A stretch of 64,000 nt of DNA from an uncultured delta proteobacterium (GTDB taxonomy: Bacteria > Myxococcota_A > Polyangia > Fen-1088): contig CAWAKD010000007.1 in NCBI GenBank assembly GCA_963782545.1, positions 1,497,310 to 1,561,309 of the forward strand, in the 5' to 3' direction. The position numbers were made by a program, and so were the translations under genes. How positions within the stretch are numbered: position 1 is the stretch's first letter; every line of letters starts with the position of its first letter. This document shows positions 17,964 through 27,622 of this stretch, one piece after another. The notes beneath the pieces are model-generated. The model did not search any database, was not told the origin of the DNA, and saw only the letters and a program-made list of their open reading frames with translations.

Positions 17964-19399
17964 GGGTCAGGGCGACGCGGGGGCTCGACGAGCGACCTGG
18001 CCAGGTCGGTTTGGGCCCCGTGCGGGAAACGTTCCAGGTACAGCTGCGCGGCGACACGCGCGCGCTCTCGATCCAGGTGCGACAACAGGCTGATCTCCCT
18101 GCCCATTGCCTCAGCCGCATAGGCTCCCTGCGCCGACTCGCGCAGGTAGGTCTCGTACCATGCGAGGGCGGCCCTTGCGGACGACGGGCCAGTCTCGGCG
18201 AGACGCCCCAAGAAGAAGGCCGCCTCGTTGCCGCGACTGCTGCCGGGAAACCGTTCGCGCACGCGCAGAAGCGCTAGCCGGGCCACTTGGTAGCGCCGTG
18301 TATAGCGAGCGGCGTCGGCGAGCGAGGTGAGTTCGGCCGCCGATGCCTGGGCGAGCGTGCTATCGAGCCCCCGAGCTTCCGCGTCCTTGACCACGGCAAC
18401 GAAATCACCGCGCGCAATCAGGCTCGACCACGATGCGTTTGCTCGGCTCTCCGCGAAGCTGTCCCCTCCCCTGAACGTTGTACGATGGAGCGTCGGCCGG
18501 GCTCGGGACGGGACGGAAACGCTTCTCCCGGCCGGCGCCCCGGGCGCGGACGCCGAGCCAGGTTGCGGTTGCCCACGCATGGCGAGCTTGCCGGAAACGG
18601 CCTCCGGCGCCAGACGCTCGCCGGCTGGCGCGGTCGCGAAGAGCTCGAGCGCCTCGCCTGTGCGAAGGGTGAGCCGGCGATCCTGCGCCGGTCCCCTGAC
18701 CTCCACGACGCCTTCGTGCATCTGCAACACCAAGCGGCCCCGCGCGGGCTCGAATCCAAGGTGGAACTTGGTTCCCTTGACCGCCACTGTGAACGGCCCG
18801 GCATCGAAACGCCACGAGCTGCCCGCGCGCGGTTCGACGGCGACCTCGAGGTCGCCACTCGCCAAGGCGACGCGCGCGCCATGGGAGTCCATCGCCAGCA
18901 CCGCTATCTTCGTCGTGGGCGCCAGGTTCACGCGCGACCGATCGGAAAACACGAGCTGGGCGGGTGCGTCCGCCGGCGCTTCGATGTTCTCCTCAGCCCC
19001 GACCGACGTGCCTTCCAGCACGAAATGCAGCGGCGCAAGTGGCGTCATCTCGCGCTGGTACCGCATCCAATCGGCCGTGATGCCCGCCCCCAGGATCATC
19101 GATACGAAGACGATGCCACGAAGATACCAAGGCGTGACGTGCCCTCGCACAATCGGAACCGAGGGGCACTTGCCGGCCGACAGGGCCTGCTCGAGCTTCT
19201 GCCACCCCCCTCGAGGTCGGTGGACGAAACCTTGGAAAAGCCGTCGCGGGTGGCCTGGGCGACGACATCGACCAGGCGCTGCTTCTCCGCGTCGCTCAGC
19301 AGTCTGCGCACGGGGCACCTCCGCCGGTTTCCGACTGCATGATGCCGGCCAGACTGATGCGCAATCCTTCGTCGCGCATGGCCGCGTCCTCGATGGCAC
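17960..19399 (-). CDS. FecR-family anti-sigma factor (cytoplasmic N-domain, one TM helix, periplasmic FecR domain)
   Basis: It has a TM segment (GIVFVSMILGAGITADW) and a FecR-like region (LVFSDRSRVNLAPTTKIAV…). The start is uncertain. It is either M1 at 19399 or the GTG at 19318, and both overlap the sigma gene 3' end. Confidence 0.65.
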   Translation of the reverse strand: MPSRTRPCATKDCASVWPASCSRKPAEVPRAQTAERRGEAAPGRCRRPGHPRRLFQGFVHRPRGGWQKLEQALSAGKCPSVPIVRGHVTPWYLRGIVFVSMILGAGITADWMRYQREMTPLAPLHFVLEGTSVGAEENIEAPADAPAQLVFSDRSRVNLAPTTKIAVLAMDSHGARVALASGDLEVAVEPRAGSSWRFDAGPFTVAVKGTKFHLGFEPARGRLVLQMHEGVVEVRGPAQDRRLTLRTGEALELFATAPAGERLAPEAVSGKLAMRGQPQPGSASAPGAPAGRSVSVPSRARPTLHRTTFRGGDSFAESRANASWSSLIARGDFVAVVKDAEARGLDSTLAQASAAELTSLADAARYTRRYQVARLALLRVRERFPGSSRGNEAAFFLGRLAETGPSSARAALAWYETYLRESAQGAYAAEAMGREISLLSHLDRERARVAAQLYLERFPHGAQTDLARSLVEPPRRPDP

Positions 19400-19982
19400 G
19401 CATCGCCTTCAGCAAATACCGCTTCACGGTGGCCAGCGAGATATCGAGGCCCGTGGCGATCTCGAGTAGATCCATGCCCTCCACGTGCCTGAGGACGAAG
19501 ACCGCGCGGTGCTTGTCCTTCAAACCGTCGAGAACGCGCTGGATGCGGAACAGGGTATCGCGCGACTCGAAATCCGTCACGCTCGAGTCCCGCGTGTCCG
19601 CCAAGCGGACGAGGTTGTCGCGCGCGCGTTGGATGACATAGAAGTGCCGGATTTCCTCGCTGAGGACGCGTACGGCGACCGAGTAAACGAAGCTACGCAA
19701 CGACGACAGGTTTTCCAGCGTGTGCAGGCGGCGGAAGACGCGCAGGAAGACCTCCTGCACGAGATCGTCATGGTCGTGCCTCGAATTCAGCGAACCGCGC
19801 AAGAGCCCATACACCATCGAGGCGTGGCGGTGCCAAACTTCGCGCTGGGCCCACCGTTTGCCGGCCATGGCCTCGGCAGCCAGGGTCGCGTCGTCGGTCT
19901 GCGACCCCGGGCGCGCGGGTGGAGCGTCGTGCGACCTGCGCTCGGAGACAATGGCTACTGGCAAGCTGTGTGGCGGCTGCAT
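19296..19982 (-). CDS. ECF (sigma-70 family, group 4) RNA polymerase sigma factor
   Basis: Region 2 (DLVQEVFLRVFRRLHTL) and region 4 (LRHVEGMDLLEIATGLDISLATVKRYL) are present. The start was taken as the ATG at 19982, since the ORF M1 is a TTG at 20015. Confidence 0.7.
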   Translation of the reverse strand: MQPPHSLPVAIVSERRSHDAPPARPGSQTDDATLAAEAMAGKRWAQREVWHRHASMVYGLLRGSLNSRHDHDDLVQEVFLRVFRRLHTLENLSSLRSFVYSVAVRVLSEEIRHFYVIQRARDNLVRLADTRDSSVTDFESRDTLFRIQRVLDGLKDKHRAVFVLRHVEGMDLLEIATGLDISLATVKRYLLKAMRAIEDAAMRDEGLRISLAGIMQSETGGGAPCADC

Positions 19983-20200
19983 GGCGAAAGAAGAAGCTCG
20001 GACGGTCTCTTGCAAGTGCAGTGGTCCCTTGCCCGAACAATGGCTCAGGCCGCGGTGCGGGCGACCGTCGCGGACGCTCTCGCCCGGGACTTGCCGTCGT
20101 GGCCCGAAAACCTGAGCCGATTCTTGTCGGGGCGCTCCACTGCGCCTGTAACTTTTGCGCGGTTGTCACAGCGCAGCTTTCCCGGGAAGGTTTTTTGTCA
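19983..20200. promoter_or_regulatory. Divergent promoter region between the ECF sigma operon and the OMP gene
   Basis: The region is non-coding and flanked by divergent starts. A GGAAGG RBS lies 10 nt before the ATG at 20201. Confidence 0.3.
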
Positions 20201-21796
20201 ATGAAGGACCGATCGAAGTTGGGTGCTCACGAGGCGGCCGCCCTCATCGCGGCAGTCTTCGTGCTCGCAGGGGGCGCCCGTATCGTGAAGGCAGAGGAGT
20301 CAACCCGTCCCGGCCAGGATGGTTCGGCGGACGAAGCCCCCGCAGTGACGGCGATCCCCACGGATGCGGGTGCCGTGCTGCCATCCCCACCGGTCGTCGC
20401 GGCGTCTGTTGCCGAGGAAGCTCCCGCGATCCCAGCCGCGCCCGTCGCCACCGCCGAGCCCACCGGCGCTGCCTGGTTTGCCCGGCCGCGGCTGGCGCTT
20501 ACCGTGGGCGAGGGTTCGCGGGGCTTCAAGTTGCGATTCTTCGGCTTCCTGGCTGCGGACTACATGACGGACAGCACCCGGAGCTACGACGACAGCATGG
20601 GAACTCTGCTGGTGGCCCGGACCGATACCTACGAGAACCACAACGGCCGTACCCAATTCTCGATTCGCAGCACCCGGCTCGGCTTTGGCTTCGAATCACC
20701 GACCTTGGGTGGGGTGACGCCGTCCGCGGTCATCGAGAGCGACTTCGCCGGTAGCCAGGCCAGTCCCCCCGAATCCTCTGAGGCCGTTTACTTCGCCAGT
20801 CCGCTGTTCCGCATTCGCCACGCCTACGTGAAGCTGAAGAGCCCGTACGTCGATCTCTTGATAGGGCATACCTTCGACGTCTTCGGCTGGCAGAGCTACT
20901 TCGATCCCTCCGGCCTGCGCAATCAGGTGTACTCGCGCAATCCGCAACTGCGGGTCTCCCGCGCGTTCAACGTCGACGGGGCCGTCACCGTCGAGCTCGC
21001 CGCCGCAGCGGTGCGTCCCGTGCAGCGCGACTCTGGGATGCCGGACGGCAGTGCCGGCTTGCGTGTCAGCTTCAACGGCTGGCAGGGTATTCGCACTCCC
21101 GGTAACGAGCGGATCGAGGCCATGCCGCTCACCCTTGGGGTCTCGGGGATCGTGCGGCAGTTCAAGGTGAACGCCTTCACGCCTCCGCCCATCCAGAGCT
21201 CCAACAGCGCGACCGGGTGGGGCGTGTCGTTCGATACCTTCCTGCCCATCATTCCCGCCACGAACTTCGTCGACCGCGGCAACCGACTCGCGCTCATGGC
21301 CTCCTTCGTGAAGGGATCCGGCATCGGGGATCTCATCGGCGTGACGGGTGGAGCGATGTTCCCGACCTTGCCCAATCCGGCCATGACCTACCCGCCTCCG
21401 CTCTACGACTCCAACATCGACGACGGCTTGGTGTCCTTCGATACCCGGGGCGTACTCCACACCATCGATTGGACCGCGTTTCGGGTGGGGTTGCAGTACT
21501 ACCTGCCGTCCACGGGGCGCTGGATCTTCTCTGCGAACTACACCCAGGCCCAATCTGCCAACATGGCGATGCTCTTTCCGCACGGCATCGTTGAGGGCGA
21601 CCTGCAACACCACGTCGCGGATACGATGCGCTATGCCGATGCGAAACTGACCTTCGACGTCACCCCCGTGGTCAGGGTCGGCGTGTCCAGCCAGTACACC
21701 CAAACCGTCTACCTCCCCGACGTAGACGAGCCACTCCTCGACAGAGACAAGCCGCACAACATTCGCGTCTCGGGGAACGCCCTCTACCTCTTCTGA
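20201..21796 (+). CDS. Outer-membrane beta-barrel protein (porin-like; C-terminal Phe)
   Basis: The signal peptide is MKDRSKLGAHEAAALIAAVFVLAGGARIVKA. The protein is rich in alternating amphipathic strands, with Y/F/W girdles, and ends …GNALYLF. Confidence 0.65.
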   Translation: MKDRSKLGAHEAAALIAAVFVLAGGARIVKAEESTRPGQDGSADEAPAVTAIPTDAGAVLPSPPVVAASVAEEAPAIPAAPVATAEPTGAAWFARPRLALTVGEGSRGFKLRFFGFLAADYMTDSTRSYDDSMGTLLVARTDTYENHNGRTQFSIRSTRLGFGFESPTLGGVTPSAVIESDFAGSQASPPESSEAVYFASPLFRIRHAYVKLKSPYVDLLIGHTFDVFGWQSYFDPSGLRNQVYSRNPQLRVSRAFNVDGAVTVELAAAAVRPVQRDSGMPDGSAGLRVSFNGWQGIRTPGNERIEAMPLTLGVSGIVRQFKVNAFTPPPIQSSNSATGWGVSFDTFLPIIPATNFVDRGNRLALMASFVKGSGIGDLIGVTGGAMFPTLPNPAMTYPPPLYDSNIDDGLVSFDTRGVLHTIDWTAFRVGLQYYLPSTGRWIFSANYTQAQSANMAMLFPHGIVEGDLQHHVADTMRYADAKLTFDVTPVVRVGVSSQYTQTVYLPDVDEPLLDRDKPHNIRVSGNALYLF

Positions 21797-21913
21797 TGAT
21801 GTCGACCATGTTCATTGCACAGCTCCCCTATGGTTTTCACCCTGGAAGGTCTTGGCCCATGAAGGATTCGATCGACGTACGGTGCGACAAAGGCACCCGC
21901 CCTCATCGCAGTA

Positions 21914-23521
21914 GTGCTCATTTTCGCAGGGGGCGCTGGCTTCGCGCGTGCAGATGAGCCCACGGAAAAGAGTCCAGCCGGAGAGTCTGCCGCGCCTTCG
22001 GCAGCACCTGTCGAAACTCCCAGCACGGGGGCACCGCCGACAGCCGAGACCACCGCGGCGCCACCGGCGACAATGCCGGCACCTCACGCGGTACCGCCAG
22101 TACCTCCCGCGGCACCGCCAGTACCTCCCGCGGTGCCGCCAGTACCTCCCGCTCCCGTGCCGGCTCCCTCGGGGACTGCGCCTGCTTCTTGGTTTGCTCG
22201 CCCACCGCTTACGCTGGCCGTGGGCGAGGGCGCCCGGCAATTCAAGCTGACGCTCTATGGTTTCATCGAGGCGGATTACATCTACGACACGACACGCAGC
22301 TACAACGATGCCATGGGATCGTCGCTGGTAGCACGCAAGGACACGTACGCGGGAAACAATAGTCGAAGTCAGTTTTCGATGCGAAACAGCCGGCTGGGTT
22401 TTGCCTTCGAGTCACCGGTCGTCGGGGGGGTGAAACCAACCGCGGTACTCGAAGCCGACTTCTTCGGCTATCAGGACACCCCCCATCAGGACATTTCTTC
22501 CACTACCTCCGAGAATACGTATTTCGACAGCCCCACGTATCGCGTCCGCCATGCCTATGTGAAGTTGGCAACCCCGTATGTCGACGTGGTCTTGGGACAA
22601 ACCTACGATCTCTTCGGCTGGCAGAACTTCTCCTACCCCTGTTCGCTCGAGTTCCTCGGCCTGCCCAACCAGCTGTTCTCGCGCAACCCGCAGCTGCGTC
22701 TCTCCCACGGACTCAATACCGACGGCACGCTTGGTGTGGACATCGCCGTCTCGGCGAGTCGTCCCGCCCAGCGCGATTCGCAAATCCCCGACGGCAGCGC
22801 TGGGTTGCGCATCAATCTCAATCGTTGGAAGGGTATCACCACCCCCGGCAACGTGGGCACCAGGTCCATGCCGGCCTCCATCGGCGTCTCGGGAATCGTA
22901 CGACAGTTCAAGGTGAACGCCTTCGCCCCACCGCCGGCGCGCAACTCGAACAGCGCCACTGGCTGGGGAATGGCGGCTGACGCGCTCATCCCGCTCATTC
23001 CCGCCGCGAGCGAGGTAGATCGCAGCAACCGCCTCACGCTCACCGGCTCCTTCGTGCGGGGTACTGGTATCGCCGATCTCATCACTTCGGGTGGCGGCGC
23101 GCAGTTCCCGCCCCTGCTCAATCCCCAGCAGGCCAATCCGGCACCGATTTACGAACCGAACATCGACAGCTCACTGGTCACCTTCGATCGGGATAACGTC
23201 GTCCATACTATCAACTGGACGGCATTCCGAGTTGGTCTCCAGTACTATTTGCCGCCCTCCGGGCGTTTCCTCCTCTCCGCGAACTACACCCAGTCGCACT
23301 CGGACAACCTGTGGAAGCTCTATCTCAAGGGCGATGCGGACGTGGAGCTCCTGGGATTGATTGCCGACACCAGTCGCTACGTGGACGCCAATCTCTTCTG
23401 GGACGCGACCCCGGCGCTGCGGCTCGGGATCTCCGGGCAGTACACCCAGGTCGAGTATCTCGACCGCATCAACAAGCCCCACAACCTTCGGGGCATGGCC
23501 CAGACCGTCTACGTGTTCTGA
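21914..23521 (+). CDS. Outer-membrane beta-barrel protein, paralog of 20201..21796 (the signal peptide region is frameshifted relative to the upstream ATG at 21859)
   Basis: It is about 55% identical to the upstream OMP throughout (FARPPLTLAVGEGARQFKL…) and ends …AQTVYVF. The paralogous MKD… start codon at 21859 is in a different frame. Confidence 0.6.
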   Translation: MLIFAGGAGFARADEPTEKSPAGESAAPSAAPVETPSTGAPPTAETTAAPPATMPAPHAVPPVPPAAPPVPPAVPPVPPAPVPAPSGTAPASWFARPPLTLAVGEGARQFKLTLYGFIEADYIYDTTRSYNDAMGSSLVARKDTYAGNNSRSQFSMRNSRLGFAFESPVVGGVKPTAVLEADFFGYQDTPHQDISSTTSENTYFDSPTYRVRHAYVKLATPYVDVVLGQTYDLFGWQNFSYPCSLEFLGLPNQLFSRNPQLRLSHGLNTDGTLGVDIAVSASRPAQRDSQIPDGSAGLRINLNRWKGITTPGNVGTRSMPASIGVSGIVRQFKVNAFAPPPARNSNSATGWGMAADALIPLIPAASEVDRSNRLTLTGSFVRGTGIADLITSGGGAQFPPLLNPQQANPAPIYEPNIDSSLVTFDRDNVVHTINWTAFRVGLQYYLPPSGRFLLSANYTQSHSDNLWKLYLKGDADVELLGLIADTSRYVDANLFWDATPALRLGISGQYTQVEYLDRINKPHNLRGMAQTVYVF

Positions 23522-23674
23522 GGCAAGCTCACCGGCACAACCTGAGCTGGTGCGGTTGCGCGTCTCCACGGCGATCGGCCGTTGCGAGCGCCGAGGGAGC
23601 CGAGAGCACAGAGGGGCGGACACATGCCCTGCCCCCCCACCCCGTCGGTGAATCGAAGAACCGAAGCGGCAATG

Positions 23675-24940
23675 CTACTCGTTCTCGGCGGCGGCCAGGA
23701 GGAACGCGCCGACGCCCTTGGGATCGTTCTTCACGACTTCGGTGCTGGTGTAGTAGGCGTAGGACCCGTCACGGTAGGGAGTGCCGCCGAGACCTGCGAC
23801 CTTGCAAACGTTCTTGAGATTGAGGTGGCCGTCGGCGCGCCGTTCGACGAACTCCCGCAACAGCCCCTGGTAGCCACGCGACGCGACTTGGCCATACACC
23901 GCCTGGTCGAGCCAGCCGCGGCGTACCGCCTTGGACAGGGCGTACACGAACATGCTGGACGCGGATGCCTCGCGGTAGTTCCCTGGGCGTTCCGGCTGGT
24001 CGAGCACCTGCCACCACACGGAGGTGGTGCCATCTTGGACACGCGCAATCGCCGCCGCGAGCCGATTCAGGACGCCAAGAACGGCCTGCCGTCGCGGATG
24101 GTCTTGGGGCAACCATTCGAGCACCTCGACCACGGCCATGGCGTACCAGCCCATGGCCCGCCCCCAGAATTGCGACGACCTGCCCGTCTTGGGGTCGGCC
24201 CAACGCTCTTTCTTCTGCTCGTCCCAGCCGTGGTAGAGGAGGCCGGTCTTGGCATCGCGCATGTGCACCTCGGCAAGAAGGATCTGCTTGGCGACATCGT
24301 CAAAGAGCGCGGGTTCGCGAAAGGTAGCCGCGTATTCGGCCAGGAACGGGGATGCCATGTAAACACCGTCGAGCCACATCTGATGTGGGTAGATCTTCTT
24401 GTGCCAGAAGGTTCCGTCGCTGTTGCGCGGGTGGGTGCGCATCTGCGAGCGCAGGGTTTCGATGGCCTTGCGGTAGCGCCGCTTGTCCTCGCCCTGGGCC
24501 TCGGCCCACAGGCGGAAGAGCGTCCGCCCCATGGCGATCTTGTCGATGTTGTACTCGTCGCTCCGGTAGCCCTTGATAGTGCCGGACTTGTCGATGAGAC
24601 CATCGATGGTGCGCTTGATGTAGGCAAACGCGGCTCGGTTCTTGGTCTTGAGCGCCACCCGCTCGATTCCCTCGAGCACCAGGCCCGTGTCGTATTCCCA
24701 CTTGTCGGTCGGCGCCAAAGGAGCCCGGGCGATGACCGATTCGACCATGCGCGTGGCTACGCTCTTGGCGGGTGCCAAAAGGGCTGGCAAAGCCGCACAG
24801 GGTGAGGCGAGCGATAGCACGACTTGGAGGAGAGCGATGGGGCGTAGTCGGCGAGGGTGAGGGCGAAGCCAGAGGCGGTGAGAGGGTTGGCAGATAGATC
24901 CCGAGGACCGCCCGGCTCTCCAGGCGGGTTGTCGAATCAT
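23675..24940 (-). CDS. Unsaturated rhamnogalacturonyl/galacturonyl hydrolase (GH105, YteR/YesR-like)
   Basis: GH105-like motifs are present (WEYDTGLVLEGIERV, WHKKIYPHQMWLDGVYM, DPKGVGAFLLAAAE). GGGAGGG lies 4 nt before the ATG at 24940. The protein has a long signal peptide. Confidence 0.75.
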   Translation of the reverse strand: MIRQPAWRAGRSSGSICQPSHRLWLRPHPRRLRPIALLQVVLSLASPCAALPALLAPAKSVATRMVESVIARAPLAPTDKWEYDTGLVLEGIERVALKTKNRAAFAYIKRTIDGLIDKSGTIKGYRSDEYNIDKIAMGRTLFRLWAEAQGEDKRRYRKAIETLRSQMRTHPRNSDGTFWHKKIYPHQMWLDGVYMASPFLAEYAATFREPALFDDVAKQILLAEVHMRDAKTGLLYHGWDEQKKERWADPKTGRSSQFWGRAMGWYAMAVVEVLEWLPQDHPRRQAVLGVLNRLAAAIARVQDGTTSVWWQVLDQPERPGNYREASASSMFVYALSKAVRRGWLDQAVYGQVASRGYQGLLREFVERRADGHLNLKNVCKVAGLGGTPYRDGSYAYYTSTEVVKNDPKGVGAFLLAAAENE

Positions 24941-24975
24941 GCGCCCTCCCACCAAGCGCCTTGCCTTTCTTGCCG

Positions 24976-25869
24976 CTAATCGCGGGTGTAATCGCAGCAG
25001 TAAACCGTGGCCTGATACCCCTGTTCGCTGACCCCAGGAACCCCTGGGTCAGGGCAATGCAAGCGCGCGAAATTCTGTTCCGGCGTATCCGTTCCATAGC
25101 AGGCAATGCCGAACCTGCCGGGCGCGCAGTTGGGCACGTTCATGTCCTGCAGGCAGGTGCCACCGGCCGGGACCAGGCTGGCCGTAAAGCAGCAGTAGGT
25201 TTCGTACTTGGGGTTGGGCGCCACCGTCGGCACCGGGCAGAGCAGGTAGAACAGATCGGCGCGGCTCTTGTTGGCACCCATGTCCTGCGCCGTGGGCTGG
25301 GTGCCCGTGGGACAGGTCCAGCCCGTCAGTCCGGAAAGGCATCCGATGGCGTCGGATTGTGCGCAGTTGGCGGCGCGTTCGGTGCCCGAGCAGCAGTAGT
25401 TGATCAAGTTGTCCTCCCTGACCCCCTGGTTGCAACTGATGGCCGGATTGACCGCCTCGGGACGGTCGGCGCCCAGGCATTGGTACCCATAGGTGCCTTC
25501 TTGATCGCAGATGGCCACTGGGTTGTAGGAGCATTGGGTCACGAAATTCGTGCAGCAATAGCCGCTCTTGCCATCGGTGCCCACGGCGCCCTCGTCCGCG
25601 CACACGGTCCCCTGCGGAACCCCATCGACGTATGTGGAATCGTTGTCGGGCCTTGCCGTGCCCGTGCAGGAATACCCTGTCAGACCGATCGACGCGGCGG
25701 CAAAGCCGCTCACGTCGCAGCTGACCGCCGGGTCGGGCAGGCAGGTACCGTTGGGTTCTATCGCGTGCGTGGTGCAAGCGACCGTGCTGCCGGCCAACAG
25801 GAGCAAAGCGAGCAACCGACGGAGTGGAAGATTGTGCATGATTCGCATCGCCTTGCTAGAGCCGTTCAT
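24976..25869 (-). CDS. Cys-rich secreted lipoprotein of unknown function
   Basis: The signal peptide is MHNLPLRRLLALLLLAGSTVAC. It carries about 28 Cys in CC- and CxxC-containing repeats (YCCTNFVTQC, NYCCSG, YCCDY). Confidence 0.5.
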   Translation of the reverse strand: MNGSSKAMRIMHNLPLRRLLALLLLAGSTVACTTHAIEPNGTCLPDPAVSCDVSGFAAASIGLTGYSCTGTARPDNDSTYVDGVPQGTVCADEGAVGTDGKSGYCCTNFVTQCSYNPVAICDQEGTYGYQCLGADRPEAVNPAISCNQGVREDNLINYCCSGTERAANCAQSDAIGCLSGLTGWTCPTGTQPTAQDMGANKSRADLFYLLCPVPTVAPNPKYETYCCFTASLVPAGGTCLQDMNVPNCAPGRFGIACYGTDTPEQNFARLHCPDPGVPGVSEQGYQATVYCCDYTRD

Positions 25870-25904
25870 CGCAGCCGCCTATCCGAGCCATTCATCTTGG
25901 ATTT

Positions 25905-27566
25905 CTACCTAAGCCATCCTGGCGGCACTTCCGGCGTGGGCAGGGTGGGGAAGACACAGGCGCGCGGCGCGCTGCTGCCGGGAACCCGGTTGTCCGTGAC
26001 AGTGACGCCGAGACCGCTGGGGGTAAAGCTGACGTCGCCAGGCCCGAGCCGGATGTCGGCGAATTCCGCCGCCGCATCCAGTTTGCCCATGTTGTCGATG
26101 ACCACATTGTCCATGGTGACGGGACCGAGGGGCAGGGTCGCGTTGAAGCCCTCGAGGGTCACGACCGGCCGGTCGAGCCCCTTGCACGTCACGTGGTGAA
26201 TGTTGCGAAATGTCAGCGTCTTGAATTCCGGAAAGAGATTTCCGGCGAACAGCGGGTTGTACGCGGTGCTTACCAGTATAGCGTTGGTCATGTCGCGCAT
26301 GCAGATGTCCGTGTAGGTGACGTTGTTCACCAGGCCGCCACGGCTCTCGTCCGACTTCACTCGAATGCCATTGAAATCCGAGACCAGAGCTTCGTACCCG
26401 ACGGGGCGAGAATCGGCGTCGATGGTGAGGTCGTACACGTCGACGTTCTCGATGCCTCGATGGTAGACGCCGTCGGGAGACGAGTAGCCACCGTAGGTCT
26501 CGCTGCCGATCGACATGCCGTGGCCGGTGCCGAAGTGGTTGTGCGCGATGATGAGATTGGCAACCCAGTGTCCGCCCTTGATCGCGATCTGATCGTCACC
26601 TGTGCTGATGGTGCTGCAAGCGATGACACCACATTGAGCGATGGTGCCCGAACCGGGGTCGATACCGTCGCTGTTGCGCGCGAAGCTCGGTGTCAGCACC
26701 TCGCCCTTGGCGTTCTTCCATTTCGACGGGGTCAAGATGGTAATGCCCCAGACCGTGAAACCGTCGCCGGGGGTGGTGCAGGTGGTCGGGCCGTAGGGCG
26801 GGCTCGACCCGATCTTGAGGTGAAACTTGGGCGAATTGTGCAGCGTGATCCGATACAGAACCACGCCGTAGCTCTTGGTCGTCGTATTGATGAGAGTGGG
26901 ATTGCCGATGCTGCCGTCGATCGAGCGGAGGGCATAGGATGCCTGCCACCACGAGTAGTCGTGGCCGATGAGGGGTTCGCCACCCTGCCCGTCGATCACC
27001 CCATCGCCCATGATGGCCGGATTGGTCCCGTCCAAGGTGATGAAATCGGTGCACGCGCCCGAATCGCTGATGCCGATGCGTCCGCAATTCCCGGTCTTCT
27101 GGTACTGCTCCGGATCGCGGGAGGCATAGAGGGTGACCCCCGCATCGACCCAGAGCGTGACCCCCGTGAGCATCAGGTGACCGGCAACGAAGGAATTGTT
27201 CGCGCCGTCCGTTACCAGCTTGACCGCGCCGCCTTGGCATTGCGTCAGCGCGGTCTGGATTCGACTGGTATCGAGCATGTCCTCGTCGGGGCCGGTTTTG
27301 GTGGCGACCAGGGTCTGGCAAACCTCCGTCGGGAACTTCGGTTCAGGGGGGAGCTTGGGATCGCCGGCGCCACAGACTCCGCTTAACGCCGGAGAAGCAG
27401 GGGTCGAATCGGTTTCACACATGTATTGGATGGGCGGAAGATCTTCGTCCTGACTCGCGCAGGCCGCCACCCCGAGCAGCGAGACTGCCCCAAGCCAATG
27501 GGATAGTTTCGTCCGCGAGAACGATGGTGATTCTCTCGTGAAACGCACGCCACACCGGTGGTTCAA
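25905..27566 (-). CDS. Polygalacturonase (GH28) lipoprotein, second copy
   Basis: GH28 motifs NSDGIDP, GDDQIAIK, GHGMSIGSE and RVKSD are present. The proposed TTG start at 27566 follows GGAG with a 6-nt spacer. The signal peptide is …LSHWLGAVSLLGVAAC. An alternative GTG start is at 27548. Confidence 0.75.
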   Translation of the reverse strand: MNHRCGVRFTRESPSFSRTKLSHWLGAVSLLGVAACASQDEDLPPIQYMCETDSTPASPALSGVCGAGDPKLPPEPKFPTEVCQTLVATKTGPDEDMLDTSRIQTALTQCQGGAVKLVTDGANNSFVAGHLMLTGVTLWVDAGVTLYASRDPEQYQKTGNCGRIGISDSGACTDFITLDGTNPAIMGDGVIDGQGGEPLIGHDYSWWQASYALRSIDGSIGNPTLINTTTKSYGVVLYRITLHNSPKFHLKIGSSPPYGPTTCTTPGDGFTVWGITILTPSKWKNAKGEVLTPSFARNSDGIDPGSGTIAQCGVIACSTISTGDDQIAIKGGHWVANLIIAHNHFGTGHGMSIGSETYGGYSSPDGVYHRGIENVDVYDLTIDADSRPVGYEALVSDFNGIRVKSDESRGGLVNNVTYTDICMRDMTNAILVSTAYNPLFAGNLFPEFKTLTFRNIHHVTCKGLDRPVVTLEGFNATLPLGPVTMDNVVIDNMGKLDAAAEFADIRLGPGDVSFTPSGLGVTVTDNRVPGSSAPRACVFPTLPTPEVPPGWLR

Positions 27567-27622
27567 CGTCGACTCCAAGGGCTTGGTTTCCAGCTCTTCG
27601 CGACCGCAGGACGGTCGCGCGT

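Noticed and set aside
21859-21913. ATG at 21859 (MKDSIDV…) as the start of the second OMP paralog
   Set aside because: It lies in a different reading frame from the body of the gene. It is kept as a finding (indel) rather than a feature boundary.
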